The notes under the pieces were generated by a model, which worked only from the letters and a program-made list of their open reading frames with translations, was not told the origin of the DNA and ran no database searches. Below, in pieces: positions 36,170 to 45,283 of a stretch of 59,180 nucleotides of DNA. Every line of letters starts with the position of its first letter. Positions within the stretch are counted from its first letter, which is position 1. The position numbers and the translations under genes are program-made. The stretch is from Candidatus Moraniibacteriota bacterium (GTDB lineage Bacteria > Patescibacteriota > Minisyncoccia > Moranbacterales > DUUL01): NCBI GenBank assembly GCA_041596615.1, contig JBFHIG010000007.1, positions 1-59,180 on the forward strand, in the 5' to 3' direction.

Positions 36170-36846
36170 TATTTTGCTTTTGATTCAAAAAGTTCCTCTG
36201 GAGAAACAGCATCTTCAATCCTAAAATCTCCCACTCTTGTTCTGATTAATTTTGTTAGATAACCACCGGTTTTTAATTTTTCACCAAACTCTCTTGCCAA
36301 GGATCTAATATAAACTCCTGGACCAGTTATGACTCTCAGTTGTAACATTGGCCATTCATAATCAAGAACATCAATTCTTTCGATATACACAAATCTTGGT
36401 GGAGGTGTAAATTTTTCCCCTCTTCTGGCTTTTTTATATCCCTCTTCCCCACCACCAACTTTCGCCGCACTGTACACTGGGGTTGTCTGAATAATTTCAC
36501 CAATAAAATCTTTTTTTATTTCTTCAATTTCTGCTAGCGTCGGGATTTTTGTGACCACGACTTCTGTTTTTTCTCCTTCCTCATCATCAGTAACGCTTGT
36601 CATTCCGAGTTTTATATCAGCCAAATATTCTTTTTCTTTCGCAACCACCTCACTTATTTGTTTGGTATATTCTCTACCAATAGCAACAACAAGAACTCCC
36701 TCGGCCAAGGGGTCTAGGGTGCCGGCATGCCCAATTTTCTCTTTTTTCCCACCACCAACCAAACGCTTAATTTGTCCAACAATCGCATAGGAACTTGGCC
36801 CTTTTGGTTTGTTGATTGCAAAAATTCCTTTCATTTTATAAATCAT
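36169..36846 (-). CDS. truB: tRNA pseudouridine(55) synthase
   Basis: 225 aa. INKPKGPSS..GHAGTLDPLAEGVLVVAIG catalytic Asp motif. Confidence 0.9.
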   Translation of the reverse strand: MIYKMKGIFAINKPKGPSSYAIVGQIKRLVGGGKKEKIGHAGTLDPLAEGVLVVAIGREYTKQISEVVAKEKEYLADIKLGMTSVTDDEEGEKTEVVVTKIPTLAEIEEIKKDFIGEIIQTTPVYSAAKVGGGEEGYKKARRGEKFTPPPRFVYIERIDVLDYEWPMLQLRVITGPGVYIRSLAREFGEKLKTGGYLTKLIRTRVGDFRIEDAVSPEELFESKAK

Positions 36847-37432
36847 TCTTAATCTTAGTTGACCCGTCTCTTAAAACTTTCACTTTACCATTCGAGATGC
36901 TTATCAAAGTTGATGTTTTGTTGGCAATTTTTCCGCCATCAACATAGAAGTCAACTTTATCACCAAAATAGGTCTTGGCTTCTTCCATTGAGTCTGCCTG
37001 TGGCTTTCCTTGTGGATTAGCGCTGGTCGCAACAAGCGGACCAGTTTTTTTTAAAAATTCTAAAAATCTTTTTTCTCTCGGAAGACGAAAGGCAATCGAC
37101 CTCCCACCTCTGTGAAGATATCTAAACTTTTCACTTTTACAACCAAAAACAACACTTACTTCGCCGGGCCAAAAATTTTTGATTATTTCTTTGTCTGATT
37201 TTCCCAAAGCAATTCCAAATAAATCAAGATCTGTCGTCCTAGCAATTGTTATAATAAATGGCTTCTTCGTGTCTCTTTCGCAAATTGCATAGACTTTTTC
37301 CACTGCCACTGGATTCATCGCATCACAAATCACACCATAGATAGTATCGGTTGGAACAATCCCAATTTCTCCTTTCACAATTCTATCTATTATTTGTTTG
37401 TCTAATTTTTCAAAGCTATTATTTCCGCTCAT
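36836..37432 (-). CDS. tsaC: L-threonylcarbamoyladenylate synthase (TsaC/YrdC/Sua5 family)
   Basis: 198 aa. GIVPTDTIYGVICDA..GPLVATSANPQGKP..STLISI. Confidence 0.85.
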   Translation of the reverse strand: MSGNNSFEKLDKQIIDRIVKGEIGIVPTDTIYGVICDAMNPVAVEKVYAICERDTKKPFIITIARTTDLDLFGIALGKSDKEIIKNFWPGEVSVVFGCKSEKFRYLHRGGRSIAFRLPREKRFLEFLKKTGPLVATSANPQGKPQADSMEEAKTYFGDKVDFYVDGGKIANKTSTLISISNGKVKVLRDGSTKIKNDL

Positions 37433-37486
37433 CTTGCTCTAAATATTTTTCAATTATCGTTCAATTTCCATCATCTCTTTTCACAA

Positions 37487-38077
37487 CTAGCCTTCTTGTT
37501 TTTTATCACCAGAACTCTCAGTAAAATCGGTATTATCCGAATTAGCAGAGATTGCATCTTTTGGGATTGATTCTTCTTGGACAGAATCAGTGTCTTGGGA
37601 TGAGATAAAAGCATCAGAGAAGGCCAGATAGCCGATAACAACTAAATTCACACCAGGGATGACCATTAAAATTCCCCACCACTCTTCTTTTCCCATTGCC
37701 TTGGCTACATCCATCCAAACAATAACACTCACAATGACTTGTATAATTGGAATAAATAAAAGAACAATCCACCAAGCCGGCCTGTTCGCGATTCTTAAAA
37801 CCAAGACCAAGTTTAAAACTGGAATCCAAGCAAACCAATCATCCTGGATGTTAATTTTTTTTGCCATCCTTTGCAGAGCAACTGCAAAGTAAATATAAAT
37901 CGCAGCTATAAGCAACAAGAGAAAAAAGAGTATTATTATAAACATCGATGATGGATCAAAACTGCGATCAAATGTCGTTCGGCTGTTATAAAATCCCACA
38001 CCAGTTGAAGTTTGAGTCTGGTTATTATAGTCATTTACCTGGTTTACTGGCAAATCTGGATAATAATTGCTTTCCAT
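37487..38077 (-). CDS. DUF5684-like membrane protein, paralog 1
   Basis: 196 aa. Core ALQRMAKKINIQDDWFAWIPVLNLVLVLRIANRPAWW..WMDVAKAMGKEEWWGILMVIPGVNLVVIGYLAF. Low-complexity tails. Confidence 0.6.
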   Translation of the reverse strand: MESNYYPDLPVNQVNDYNNQTQTSTGVGFYNSRTTFDRSFDPSSMFIIILFFLLLLIAAIYIYFAVALQRMAKKINIQDDWFAWIPVLNLVLVLRIANRPAWWIVLLFIPIIQVIVSVIVWMDVAKAMGKEEWWGILMVIPGVNLVVIGYLAFSDAFISSQDTDSVQEESIPKDAISANSDNTDFTESSGDKKQEG

Positions 38078-38180
38078 CTTTATTTTTTGTTAACTTAAAT
38101 ATACACAAAGAATACCATACAAATTTCAAAAAATCGATACTTATAACTCTTTTCTCTTTCTACGAAAACTAATTGCCATA

Positions 38181-39449
38181 CTAAAGTCTCCCCCTTGATT
38201 TCATTGCATCCCTCACTTTCAAAATTGCTGACGCAAAAGCTGCAGTATGATAATCTGTTTTGAGTTTATTTTTCATTTCATGCAAATCAGCAAAAGCCTC
38301 TTTCATTTTGTTTTCAATTTTTTTCAAAACTTCCTGTTTACTCCATCTATCACCTGAGTTATTTTGAACCCATTCAAAATAGCTTCCCACAACACCTCCT
38401 GCGTTTGCAAGGATGCCCGGAAGAACAATAATTTCTTTTGAGAATAAGATTTCATCAGCATCAAAGGTGACAGGTCCATTAGCAAGTTCTAAAATAACTT
38501 TGGCTTTTATATCCTCAACATTCTTTTTATTGATTTGATTTTCCAGGGCTGCTGGAATCAAAACATCGACATCCAGACCCAATAAATCCTCGTTTGTTAT
38601 TTTTTCGAACTTCCCCTTCACATTCCCAATTTCCATGGACTTATTTTTTGATTTTTCTTTTTGATAACTATCTAGAATTTTTCCAATTGCCAGACCATCT
38701 TCCTTAAAAATTCCTCCTTTAGAATCTGAAATTGCCACAATCTCATAGCCTTTTTCCTCAAGAATTCTCGCTGCATTTGCACCAGCATTTCCAGCTCCTT
38801 GAATTGCAATTCTAATTTCATTATTTTTCTTTCCCCATTTTTTTTCGGTCTTTAGAAATTCCTCAAGCACTACCACACCACCAAATGCTGTTGCAATATC
38901 ACGACCAAAACTTCCACCAAAGCTGATTGGTTTTCCAGTAAAAGATGCTGGCAGATAATCATTGGACAATAAGCTGAACTGATCGGCCATCCATGCCATA
39001 ATTTGCCCGTCGGTGTTGACGTCGGGAGCTGGAATATCTTTCTTGGGACCAATCGCACCAAAAACTCCATCGACATATGCACGTGAGAGCCTTTCTAACT
39101 CGGTAGTGGACAACTTTCGTGGATCAACACTAATCCCTCCCTTGGCGCCTCCATACGGCAAATTTACTGTTGCATTTTTAAGAGTCATCAATGTTGCCAA
39201 GGCCTTCACTTCATCCAGTTTAGTATCTATGTGGAATCTGATTCCACCTTTAAAAGGACCCTGAGCGTCATTGTGCTGAACACGATATGCTTGATGTATT
39301 TCAAGATCACCATTATCCTTTTTTAATATAAGCGAAAGCTGGATAGTTCTTTGCGGTCCCAGAATTATATTCTTGGTTTGTGCTGGTAATTTGATGGCAT
39401 CGCTTGCTTTTTCAAATTTTCGCAAGACATCTTTGTAAAAATTTTCCAT
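38181..39449 (-). CDS. gdhA: Glutamate dehydrogenase (Glu/Leu/Phe/Val dehydrogenase family)
   Basis: 422 aa. GPFKGGIRFH, LPYGGAKGG, GAGNAG dinucleotide motif. Confidence 0.92.
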   Translation of the reverse strand: MENFYKDVLRKFEKASDAIKLPAQTKNIILGPQRTIQLSLILKKDNGDLEIHQAYRVQHNDAQGPFKGGIRFHIDTKLDEVKALATLMTLKNATVNLPYGGAKGGISVDPRKLSTTELERLSRAYVDGVFGAIGPKKDIPAPDVNTDGQIMAWMADQFSLLSNDYLPASFTGKPISFGGSFGRDIATAFGGVVVLEEFLKTEKKWGKKNNEIRIAIQGAGNAGANAARILEEKGYEIVAISDSKGGIFKEDGLAIGKILDSYQKEKSKNKSMEIGNVKGKFEKITNEDLLGLDVDVLIPAALENQINKKNVEDIKAKVILELANGPVTFDADEILFSKEIIVLPGILANAGGVVGSYFEWVQNNSGDRWSKQEVLKKIENKMKEAFADLHEMKNKLKTDYHTAAFASAILKVRDAMKSRGRL

Positions 39450-39483
39450 TTCTTAATCCTATTTATTATAATAAAATATAAAA

Positions 39484-40146
39484 TTACACTATTGTTTCCT
39501 TTTTTATTTCTGCTTGAATTTCTGGTGAATCAGTTTCCAATTTTTGCAGATCTTTCTCTAATTGGTTGAGATTATTTGTTTGCTCAGCTGTTTGTAAAGA
39601 CTCCTTGCCTACTACAATCTTCGAATTATAAGCAAACGCCTCACTGGAACCTTTGATGATTGCGACATCAGCAATATTCGTCTCCAAAGAATCATCAGCA
39701 TACGCAAAATAAAGAATTACAAAAATATTCACAAATGGAATAACCATAAGTGCGCCCAACCATCTAGGCTTGGAAAGTGTGGTGGCTAATTCCATCCAGA
39801 TGGTTATTCCAAATAATATTCCTATAACAGGAATGAGAAATACAAAAATTAAAGCTTGTGGCTTATTAACGATTTTTAAAAGCAAGGATAGATTCAGAAC
39901 AGGAACCCAGGCATACCAGTCATTCGAAATTTTTAATTTTCTCGCTATTTTTTGTAATGATATAGCAATAAACAAATAAGACAAAAAACTTGATATAATC
40001 ACCAAAAATAAAAATGTGCCTTCTAATTTAAGCATATTTCCTAAATTATAATAAAAAGGAAGATCGAGATCTTGATACATATCTGCTTGAGATGTGTAAG
40101 CGTTGATATCGAAAGAGGTTCTCTCTTCTTGATAATTATTGGTCAT
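39484..40146 (-). CDS. DUF5684-like membrane protein, paralog 2
   Basis: 220 aa. Core SLQKIARKLKISNDWYAWVPVLNLSLLLKIVNKPQAL..WMELATTLSKPRWLGALMVIPFVNIFVILYFAY, colinear with 37487-38077. Confidence 0.6.
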   Translation of the reverse strand: MTNNYQEERTSFDINAYTSQADMYQDLDLPFYYNLGNMLKLEGTFLFLVIISSFLSYLFIAISLQKIARKLKISNDWYAWVPVLNLSLLLKIVNKPQALIFVFLIPVIGILFGITIWMELATTLSKPRWLGALMVIPFVNIFVILYFAYADDSLETNIADVAIIKGSSEAFAYNSKIVVGKESLQTAEQTNNLNQLEKDLQKLETDSPEIQAEIKKETIV

Positions 40147-40219
40147 ACTCTTTTTATCTTGCTTTAAATCTTACATGCTCCAGTGCATTCTTCTGACAAA
40201 GTTTTCCGCAAAAAAATAG

Positions 40220-40290
40220 TCGGGCCGCCGAGAGTCGAACTCGGGCTACACACACCCCATGCGCGCGTACTACCGTTATACTACGGCCCG
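40220..40290 (-). tRNA. tRNA-Pro (anticodon GGG)
   Basis: Hand-folded cloverleaf. Acceptor CGGGCCG/CGGCCCG (C1-G72), D arm GTAT-AACGGTA-GTAC, anticodon arm CGCGC-AT[GGG]GT-GTGTG, 4-nt variable loop, T arm CCGAG-TTCGACT-CTCGG, discriminator A. No encoded CCA. Confidence 0.9.
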
Positions 40291-40296
40291 ATAAAA

Positions 40297-41391
40297 TTAT
40301 TTTATCAAATTAAAATCAAAAAATATATCCCTTAAAATTTCAGTAAATTTTTTAAATTGAGAAATTGAGAGTTTTTCATTTACTGTGTGGCACCCGTAGT
40401 ATCCCAATCCAACATTTACAGATTCTATCTTTTTTTCCGCAAGACAATTATTGCTACTAATGAGCAGTTGTTGTTCCAGTTCAATTTTAACTCCATTATT
40501 AAGATAAACCTTTTTAAGCTTTGTTACAAATTCCCCCTTCTTGTTAGCAATGGCCGAACTATATTTCTCCACAATTTTAATCTTAGTTTTTGTTCTAAAT
40601 TCTTCATCAGCAGACTCACAAACAACTGCTAGGTTTTTTATAAATTCGTCAACATCATCTTCTTCAAAACAATAGATATTTCCTTTCAGATAAGCATCTT
40701 TAGCTACCATTGTAGTGCCCTTTCCGCCATGAATGATGCCCGTGTTTGCAACACATCCTTTTTTATAAAATCCCCAGTCAATTGAATCTATAATTCTAGC
40801 TAAAGTTGCTATTGCATTGGCACCTTTTTCATAATCAATTTGAGCATAAACTTCTTTACCTTTTATGGAAATTTCAAAAACTTTTGCGTTAGGACTTTTG
40901 TAGAGAATTTTTTTAATCTCAGCTGCGTTATCAAGAACAATCGCTTTCTTAGAGGAAATATCGGCATATGAAAGAGTGTGATCACCCTCTTCTTCGTTCG
41001 TTGAAAAAATCAATTCGAGATTTTGCAATTCCTTTTTCTGTTCAAGAAAATATTCCACTAGAAACATTATTGCTGCAATTCCAGATTTTGGATCAGCTCC
41101 TAAAATTGTAGTACCGTCCGTGATAATAAAATCACCTTTAATTCTGGGCTTAATTTTTTCGCCAGGACTTACCGTGTCTACGTGTGTCGTTAAAAGTAAT
41201 GCCTTTTTTGGATCAAAAATCTTTGTTTTAAAAATTAAATTTCCCTTTTCATCCAAACCACCAGAAAAATTATACTTCAGAAAAAAATCCAAAAGTAGCT
41301 GTTGAAATTCTGCTACTTGACCTGTTGGGCTAGACTTCTTAATTAATTTTAAGAAAATTTGGATCAATCTTTCATTATTCATTTTTTGCAT
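40297..41391 (-). CDS. M20 family metallopeptidase (PepT-like)
   Basis: 364 aa. LLTTHVDTV, TTILGADPKSGIAAIM (compare the GADDKAG of peptidase T), FSTNEEEG. Confidence 0.7.
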   Translation of the reverse strand: MQKMNNERLIQIFLKLIKKSSPTGQVAEFQQLLLDFFLKYNFSGGLDEKGNLIFKTKIFDPKKALLLTTHVDTVSPGEKIKPRIKGDFIITDGTTILGADPKSGIAAIMFLVEYFLEQKKELQNLELIFSTNEEEGDHTLSYADISSKKAIVLDNAAEIKKILYKSPNAKVFEISIKGKEVYAQIDYEKGANAIATLARIIDSIDWGFYKKGCVANTGIIHGGKGTTMVAKDAYLKGNIYCFEEDDVDEFIKNLAVVCESADEEFRTKTKIKIVEKYSSAIANKKGEFVTKLKKVYLNNGVKIELEQQLLISSNNCLAEKKIESVNVGLGYYGCHTVNEKLSISQFKKFTEILRDIFFDFNLIK

Positions 41392-41471
41392 TTTTTTAAA
41401 ACTATACTTTATTATACACTTTTTATTCCCTCTGTTAAATTGTCTTTATTAAAAAAATAATTTAACAAAGG

Positions 41472-41499
41472 GCGGGATTTCGTTTTTAAGAAATCCCGC
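41472..41499 (-). terminator. Hairpin downstream of the 490-aa orphan gene
   Basis: GCGGGATTTC-8 nt-GAAATCCCGC (10-bp perfect stem) with T-rich flanks on both strands. Confidence 0.55.
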
Positions 41500-41528
41500 A
41501 CAGTTTTTTATATTTCAACATTGACCCT

Positions 41529-43001
41529 CTAGGAACAACAGAGCTCCCTAATGTTCCTCCTCGATTGACTCAAGACCTCCAGTTGATTGAAAAGTTGATT
41601 TAAGTTGGTCTCGACAGATGATTGTGGCAAATCGCTGAAAAGATTTTCACAAACAGCAAACATCCCAGCTTCATGAACACAAAATTCCCATCTTGGTAAA
41701 GAAATTACTTTAACCATCTCGCCTCCACCTTTACAACGGCAAGCGACTTTTATTTTCTTTACGCCTATTTCCCTGAAAGAAAGAGCTTCCGACAAAGAAC
41801 GATAGAAATCACTAGAGATCCACCAACCGTTGTTCCTTAAAAATCCCAAACGTTTAAAACGTTCACAGTAGATTTTTTCTGCTCTATCAGTGACAATTTC
41901 TTCCGCTCTATCTTCTGTTCCAATTATCTCATCAGCATGATATCTGAGCCAAAGATTATCAGAGCCCTTGATTCCACAAAATCCAACGAAGCCCTCGGAA
42001 TTATAATAATCCATCAGAGCAACGATCATGGTGTCAAAGATATTTCCTCCGCCCAAAAGTTGTGAAACAGCTTCTTGCACCTGAAAGATAACCTTTTTAT
42101 TGGGAAATTTCGAGTGTGGCAAAAATCCTTCGACAAAATTTAGCTGTCGGTCGATTTGCATTGGAGAAACTTGGACAGTAACTATTTGTGGAATAATATT
42201 CCCAGCACCATCGCGAATCATCTGATAGGAAAGTTTGAAAAATCCAACCTGCGGATCTTCCAAGCAAATTGAAAGACTCATTCCCATGTGACCTTCCCCG
42301 TCACCAAGAGAAAAGCGCAAGAAAACATCTTTAGATTCATCTTGGATAAGAATTTTTCCAATCCTTCGATAAAAACCCTTGGGGATAAAAACATTTCTTT
42401 TCTTATCATGGTCAATGGGGATGCCAGTTGAACGATGGACGAAAGCAAAAGAAGATCCAAAAATCCTTTTTCTTTCTTGTAAATTGATTGATATTTGATC
42501 AAGATATGTTTCGATTGTAAGTTTTTTAACCCCAATCATACTGAGCAAACTCTCACAACGAAAAATTCCAAAAGGATACACCTCCCAAAACAAACCTCCA
42601 AAATCAGAAATCTCTTCCAGTAATTGCTGGTTTATTTTCAGAAAATTTTGAACAGCAATGAGGCCGTCTTCTAGAGAAACTTGGTTTGAAGTTCGCAACA
42701 GAGCAAAATCAGAAAGAAACACTCTTTCATCTTTTGAGCAGATTATTCTACTCACCACGTGATCGATTCGAGATCCGTCGTAGGTTACCGATGATTCATC
42801 GGCTCCAGCGAGGAATCCTGCCCCACATAAATATTTCAACAAATCAATAATTATTTCTGGGTCAATTTTCGGAAATTGATCAAATAAAAAGCTACATGCT
42901 TTTTCCCCTGCGTCACTCAAAGAAACTTCAAAAAGAAATCCAAACCATCCACGATGATAAGCACCAATTGAACCATTAAACAAACTAATCTCTTGTTTCA
43001 T
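41529..43001 (-). CDS. Orphan 490-aa protein, no recognisable motif (protein A)
   Basis: Long uninterrupted ORF preceded by GAGGGG 7 nt before the ATG. Soluble and Cys-rich toward the C-terminus (..ACRCKGGGEM..FCVHEAGMFAVCE..ELCCS). I cannot assign a family. Confidence 0.75.
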   Translation of the reverse strand: MKQEISLFNGSIGAYHRGWFGFLFEVSLSDAGEKACSFLFDQFPKIDPEIIIDLLKYLCGAGFLAGADESSVTYDGSRIDHVVSRIICSKDERVFLSDFALLRTSNQVSLEDGLIAVQNFLKINQQLLEEISDFGGLFWEVYPFGIFRCESLLSMIGVKKLTIETYLDQISINLQERKRIFGSSFAFVHRSTGIPIDHDKKRNVFIPKGFYRRIGKILIQDESKDVFLRFSLGDGEGHMGMSLSICLEDPQVGFFKLSYQMIRDGAGNIIPQIVTVQVSPMQIDRQLNFVEGFLPHSKFPNKKVIFQVQEAVSQLLGGGNIFDTMIVALMDYYNSEGFVGFCGIKGSDNLWLRYHADEIIGTEDRAEEIVTDRAEKIYCERFKRLGFLRNNGWWISSDFYRSLSEALSFREIGVKKIKVACRCKGGGEMVKVISLPRWEFCVHEAGMFAVCENLFSDLPQSSVETNLNQLFNQLEVLSQSRRNIRELCCS

Positions 43002-43065
43002 AGCAATCCCCTCTGTGTAAGTTATATTTCGTTACGTCGTCAATGTAAAATTTTTCAAGGTACAT

Positions 43066-43257
43066 GTACAAAAAAGCCGCCTTGGGGGCGGTTTATGTTT
43101 GCTTGTCTGAGAATCTATTTAGCTAACTTATCTGATTTATTCTCTGAAAAATTCGTCTAGCAAACACAAAACGCCCGGAGTGACCGGAGATTTTTTTGCG
43201 ACATGCTTGGCTGAATTTTTTAAATCAATCAGATTCATAACTTAAAATAAATTCTAT
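43066..43257 (-). promoter_or_regulatory. Leader cassette 1: short ORF + terminator/antiterminator switch upstream of protein A
   Basis: The terminator is CCGCC-cccaa-GGCGG + CUUUUUUG (43094-43066). The antiterminator pairs RNA CCGGGCGUUUUGUGUUUG (plus-strand coordinates 43178-43161, inside the short ORF) with CAAACAUAAACCGCCC (43101-43086). That gives 15 of 16 pairs including one G.U, and it overlaps the 5' arm of the terminator. Confidence 0.5.
43137..43238 (-). CDS. Candidate 33-codon leader peptide (MNLIDLKNSAKHVAKKSPVTPGVLCLLDEFFRE)
   Basis: ATG..TAA ORF between a consensus promoter and an intrinsic terminator. No obvious SD. Its position relative to the antiterminator matches that of the ORF at 45347-45439. 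Confidence 0.3.
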   Translation of the reverse strand: MNLIDLKNSAKHVAKKSPVTPGVLCLLDEFFRE

Positions 43258-43263
43258 GCAAGA

Positions 43264-43291
43264 ATTATAACAGTTTAATTTAAGGTGTCAA
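43264..43291 (-). promoter_or_regulatory. Consensus sigma70-type promoter of leader cassette 1
   Basis: Minus strand: TTGACA (43291-86) - 16 nt - TATAAT (43269-64). Confidence 0.6.
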
Positions 43292-43383
43292 ACTTCTCCA
43301 ACAAAAATATTTTTAAAACGTATTTATTTTATCAGGAAAATTAATAATCTTATCATTGTTAATATTTTCCAAATAAACAATCT

Positions 43384-44328
43384 CTATTCATTTGAAAAAT
43401 CAACAACAATCTTTTGCGCTTTACTCAGAAACTCACCCTTTAATCTACTGATATCATCTAGGTCGCTGTGATAAACTGGCATAAGCCCATCAATATCTCC
43501 TGCCAAAACAACTGTTTTGTTTTCAAATTCATTCAAATTTTTTATCGGGAATGCTTGAAATAAAAGTTCTTTATTTTTATATAAATTAGGCTCACTATGG
43601 CCAACCCCATCAACGACGACTATTTTTTTTACTTTTTTTAGTAAATTTAAGTATTTTTTCTCAAAATCCCTATAGCCAAATCCCCAGTAAACTGGGTACT
43701 CATAGGATAATTCCTCTGAGCCACATATAGCAAAAAGATTATCTTTTATTATTTTGGGATTTGAAATAATTGCATCAAGAATAACTGCCACACCACTTGC
43801 ATTATCTATTGCTCCTTTTTTTATACTATCAATATGAGTAAAAAAAATATTTTTTGGAGCTTTTTTGTTACCTACTAAAAAATTTGCGCTTTTGCAAAAC
43901 TTTTTTTCAACTTTCGTAAAACCCTCTATTTTTTCTGCATTTAAAACTCTACAAACATCCATAGATGAAATTGCTAAAGAAGGCGCATTATAAAAACTAA
44001 CCAACGAAATATCCTTACAATATGGATTAAAGTTTATATTTGGGGAGCTCGACTCAAAATCAGACAAAGAGCTTACTAGGTTGTGTTTATTATCAATACT
44101 GCCGCTTATGAATCCACTGTTTTCGCAATTTATTTCAACATTATCGACCTTAAGTCCTGATGAAATTTCAACTGGTATACAATTTTCATAACTTTCAATC
44201 TCAAATTCAATCCCATTTGCTCTAAGAATTTTTTTTATTTCATTTATCGCGATTTCCTCACCTTCGGATTGGCGCTGAGGAATTTCTGTAAGTTTTTCAA
44301 TAAATTTTAGTTTGCTAAATTTCTTCAT
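43384..44328 (-). CDS. M28 family aminopeptidase-like protein (protein B)
   Basis: 314 aa. FFTHIDSIKKGAIDNASGVAVILD (the HxDS...GAxDNASG metal-ligand signature of M28), GSEELS. Confidence 0.7.
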   Translation of the reverse strand: MKKFSKLKFIEKLTEIPQRQSEGEEIAINEIKKILRANGIEFEIESYENCIPVEISSGLKVDNVEINCENSGFISGSIDNKHNLVSSLSDFESSSPNINFNPYCKDISLVSFYNAPSLAISSMDVCRVLNAEKIEGFTKVEKKFCKSANFLVGNKKAPKNIFFTHIDSIKKGAIDNASGVAVILDAIISNPKIIKDNLFAICGSEELSYEYPVYWGFGYRDFEKKYLNLLKKVKKIVVVDGVGHSEPNLYKNKELLFQAFPIKNLNEFENKTVVLAGDIDGLMPVYHSDLDDISRLKGEFLSKAQKIVVDFSNE

Positions 44329-44390
44329 AATATATTTTATTAAATAAAAAGTTTTATATATTAAACTTTAAGCTCTTGGTTCATAATAGT

Positions 44391-44432
44391 CAAAAAATGG
44401 TGGGAGATGAATAGTTCATTCACCTCCCACCC
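44391..44432 (-). terminator. Intrinsic terminator downstream of protein C
   Basis: Minus strand: GGTGGGAGGTGAAT-gaact-ATTCATCTCCCACC (14-bp stem, 1 mismatch) followed by ATTTTTTG. Confidence 0.65.
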
Positions 44433-44446
44433 AAACAAAACTGTTT

Positions 44447-45193
44447 TTAACTTCTTACTAATTCTTCGAGTTGTCCAGGATACCATCCCCAGGAATTATT
44501 TGCTGCCCTATTTCTTGGAAGCAAAGAGACCACCAATGGCTTGATGCCAAATCTTTTTTGAACTTTTTCAAACGCAGGAATAACTACACTTTTTGAGAAT
44601 TCTCCTTCGCGACCCTCCAAGAGAAAGTTTTCAAAAAGAACCCCATGACAAATAAACAGCGAGAGAAACGCCTCATAATACAAGGGGGCTGAATCTCCTA
44701 TTTCCTGAATCCAAGACGATATATCAACTCGCTTGGCTTCCAAGGGAAAATAAGACTCAAACATTCTACTGTGGATATCCAAAAGACTGACTTCTGAATT
44801 GACTCTAGTCCTGATATCACAAATAGCTTTCTTTGAAGCTCTCTCAATATCAACTATCTTCTGGATGCTTGTCTTATTCCCGCCGTTTCTTCCTTTCCCA
44901 TAATAGAAAATGAGTTTTGCTAACATAACCTTGTCTACATTAGCAGAACTGAACCTATCTCTTGAATATTCCAACCAAATAGGTGTCAGACCATTTCCAC
45001 TTGTAGTTTCCCAGAATCTTATGCTTTCAAAATTTGGGGTGGCAACTTGACGAGCCATCACAGCCATTGGTCGACTTAGACAACGAATTTGTTCTGGCAA
45101 GTTTTTTAAAAAATTCTCTACTTCTTCTTTCAAGCCTGGTTCTGCAAACCTTGTCTTTATCTGTACCCGTGCATCGTTTAATTCGGTATACAT
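44447..45193 (-). CDS. Orphan 248-aa protein, no recognisable motif (protein C)
   Basis: ORF preceded by a perfect AAGGAG SD. Notable segments: RQVATPNFESIRFWE, YYGKGRNGGN, FLSLFICHGVLFENFLLEGREGEF..IPAFEKV..GIKPLVV. I cannot assign a family. Confidence 0.75.
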   Translation of the reverse strand: MYTELNDARVQIKTRFAEPGLKEEVENFLKNLPEQIRCLSRPMAVMARQVATPNFESIRFWETTSGNGLTPIWLEYSRDRFSSANVDKVMLAKLIFYYGKGRNGGNKTSIQKIVDIERASKKAICDIRTRVNSEVSLLDIHSRMFESYFPLEAKRVDISSWIQEIGDSAPLYYEAFLSLFICHGVLFENFLLEGREGEFSKSVVIPAFEKVQKRFGIKPLVVSLLPRNRAANNSWGWYPGQLEELVRS

Positions 45194-45283
45194 AGAATAA
45201 CTCCTTCTTTTTGTTGAAATTTATCTTCCCTGTTTCGCCTTATGCAAGAATTAATATCCTAGTTAAATTTAAAGAACTTCCTT

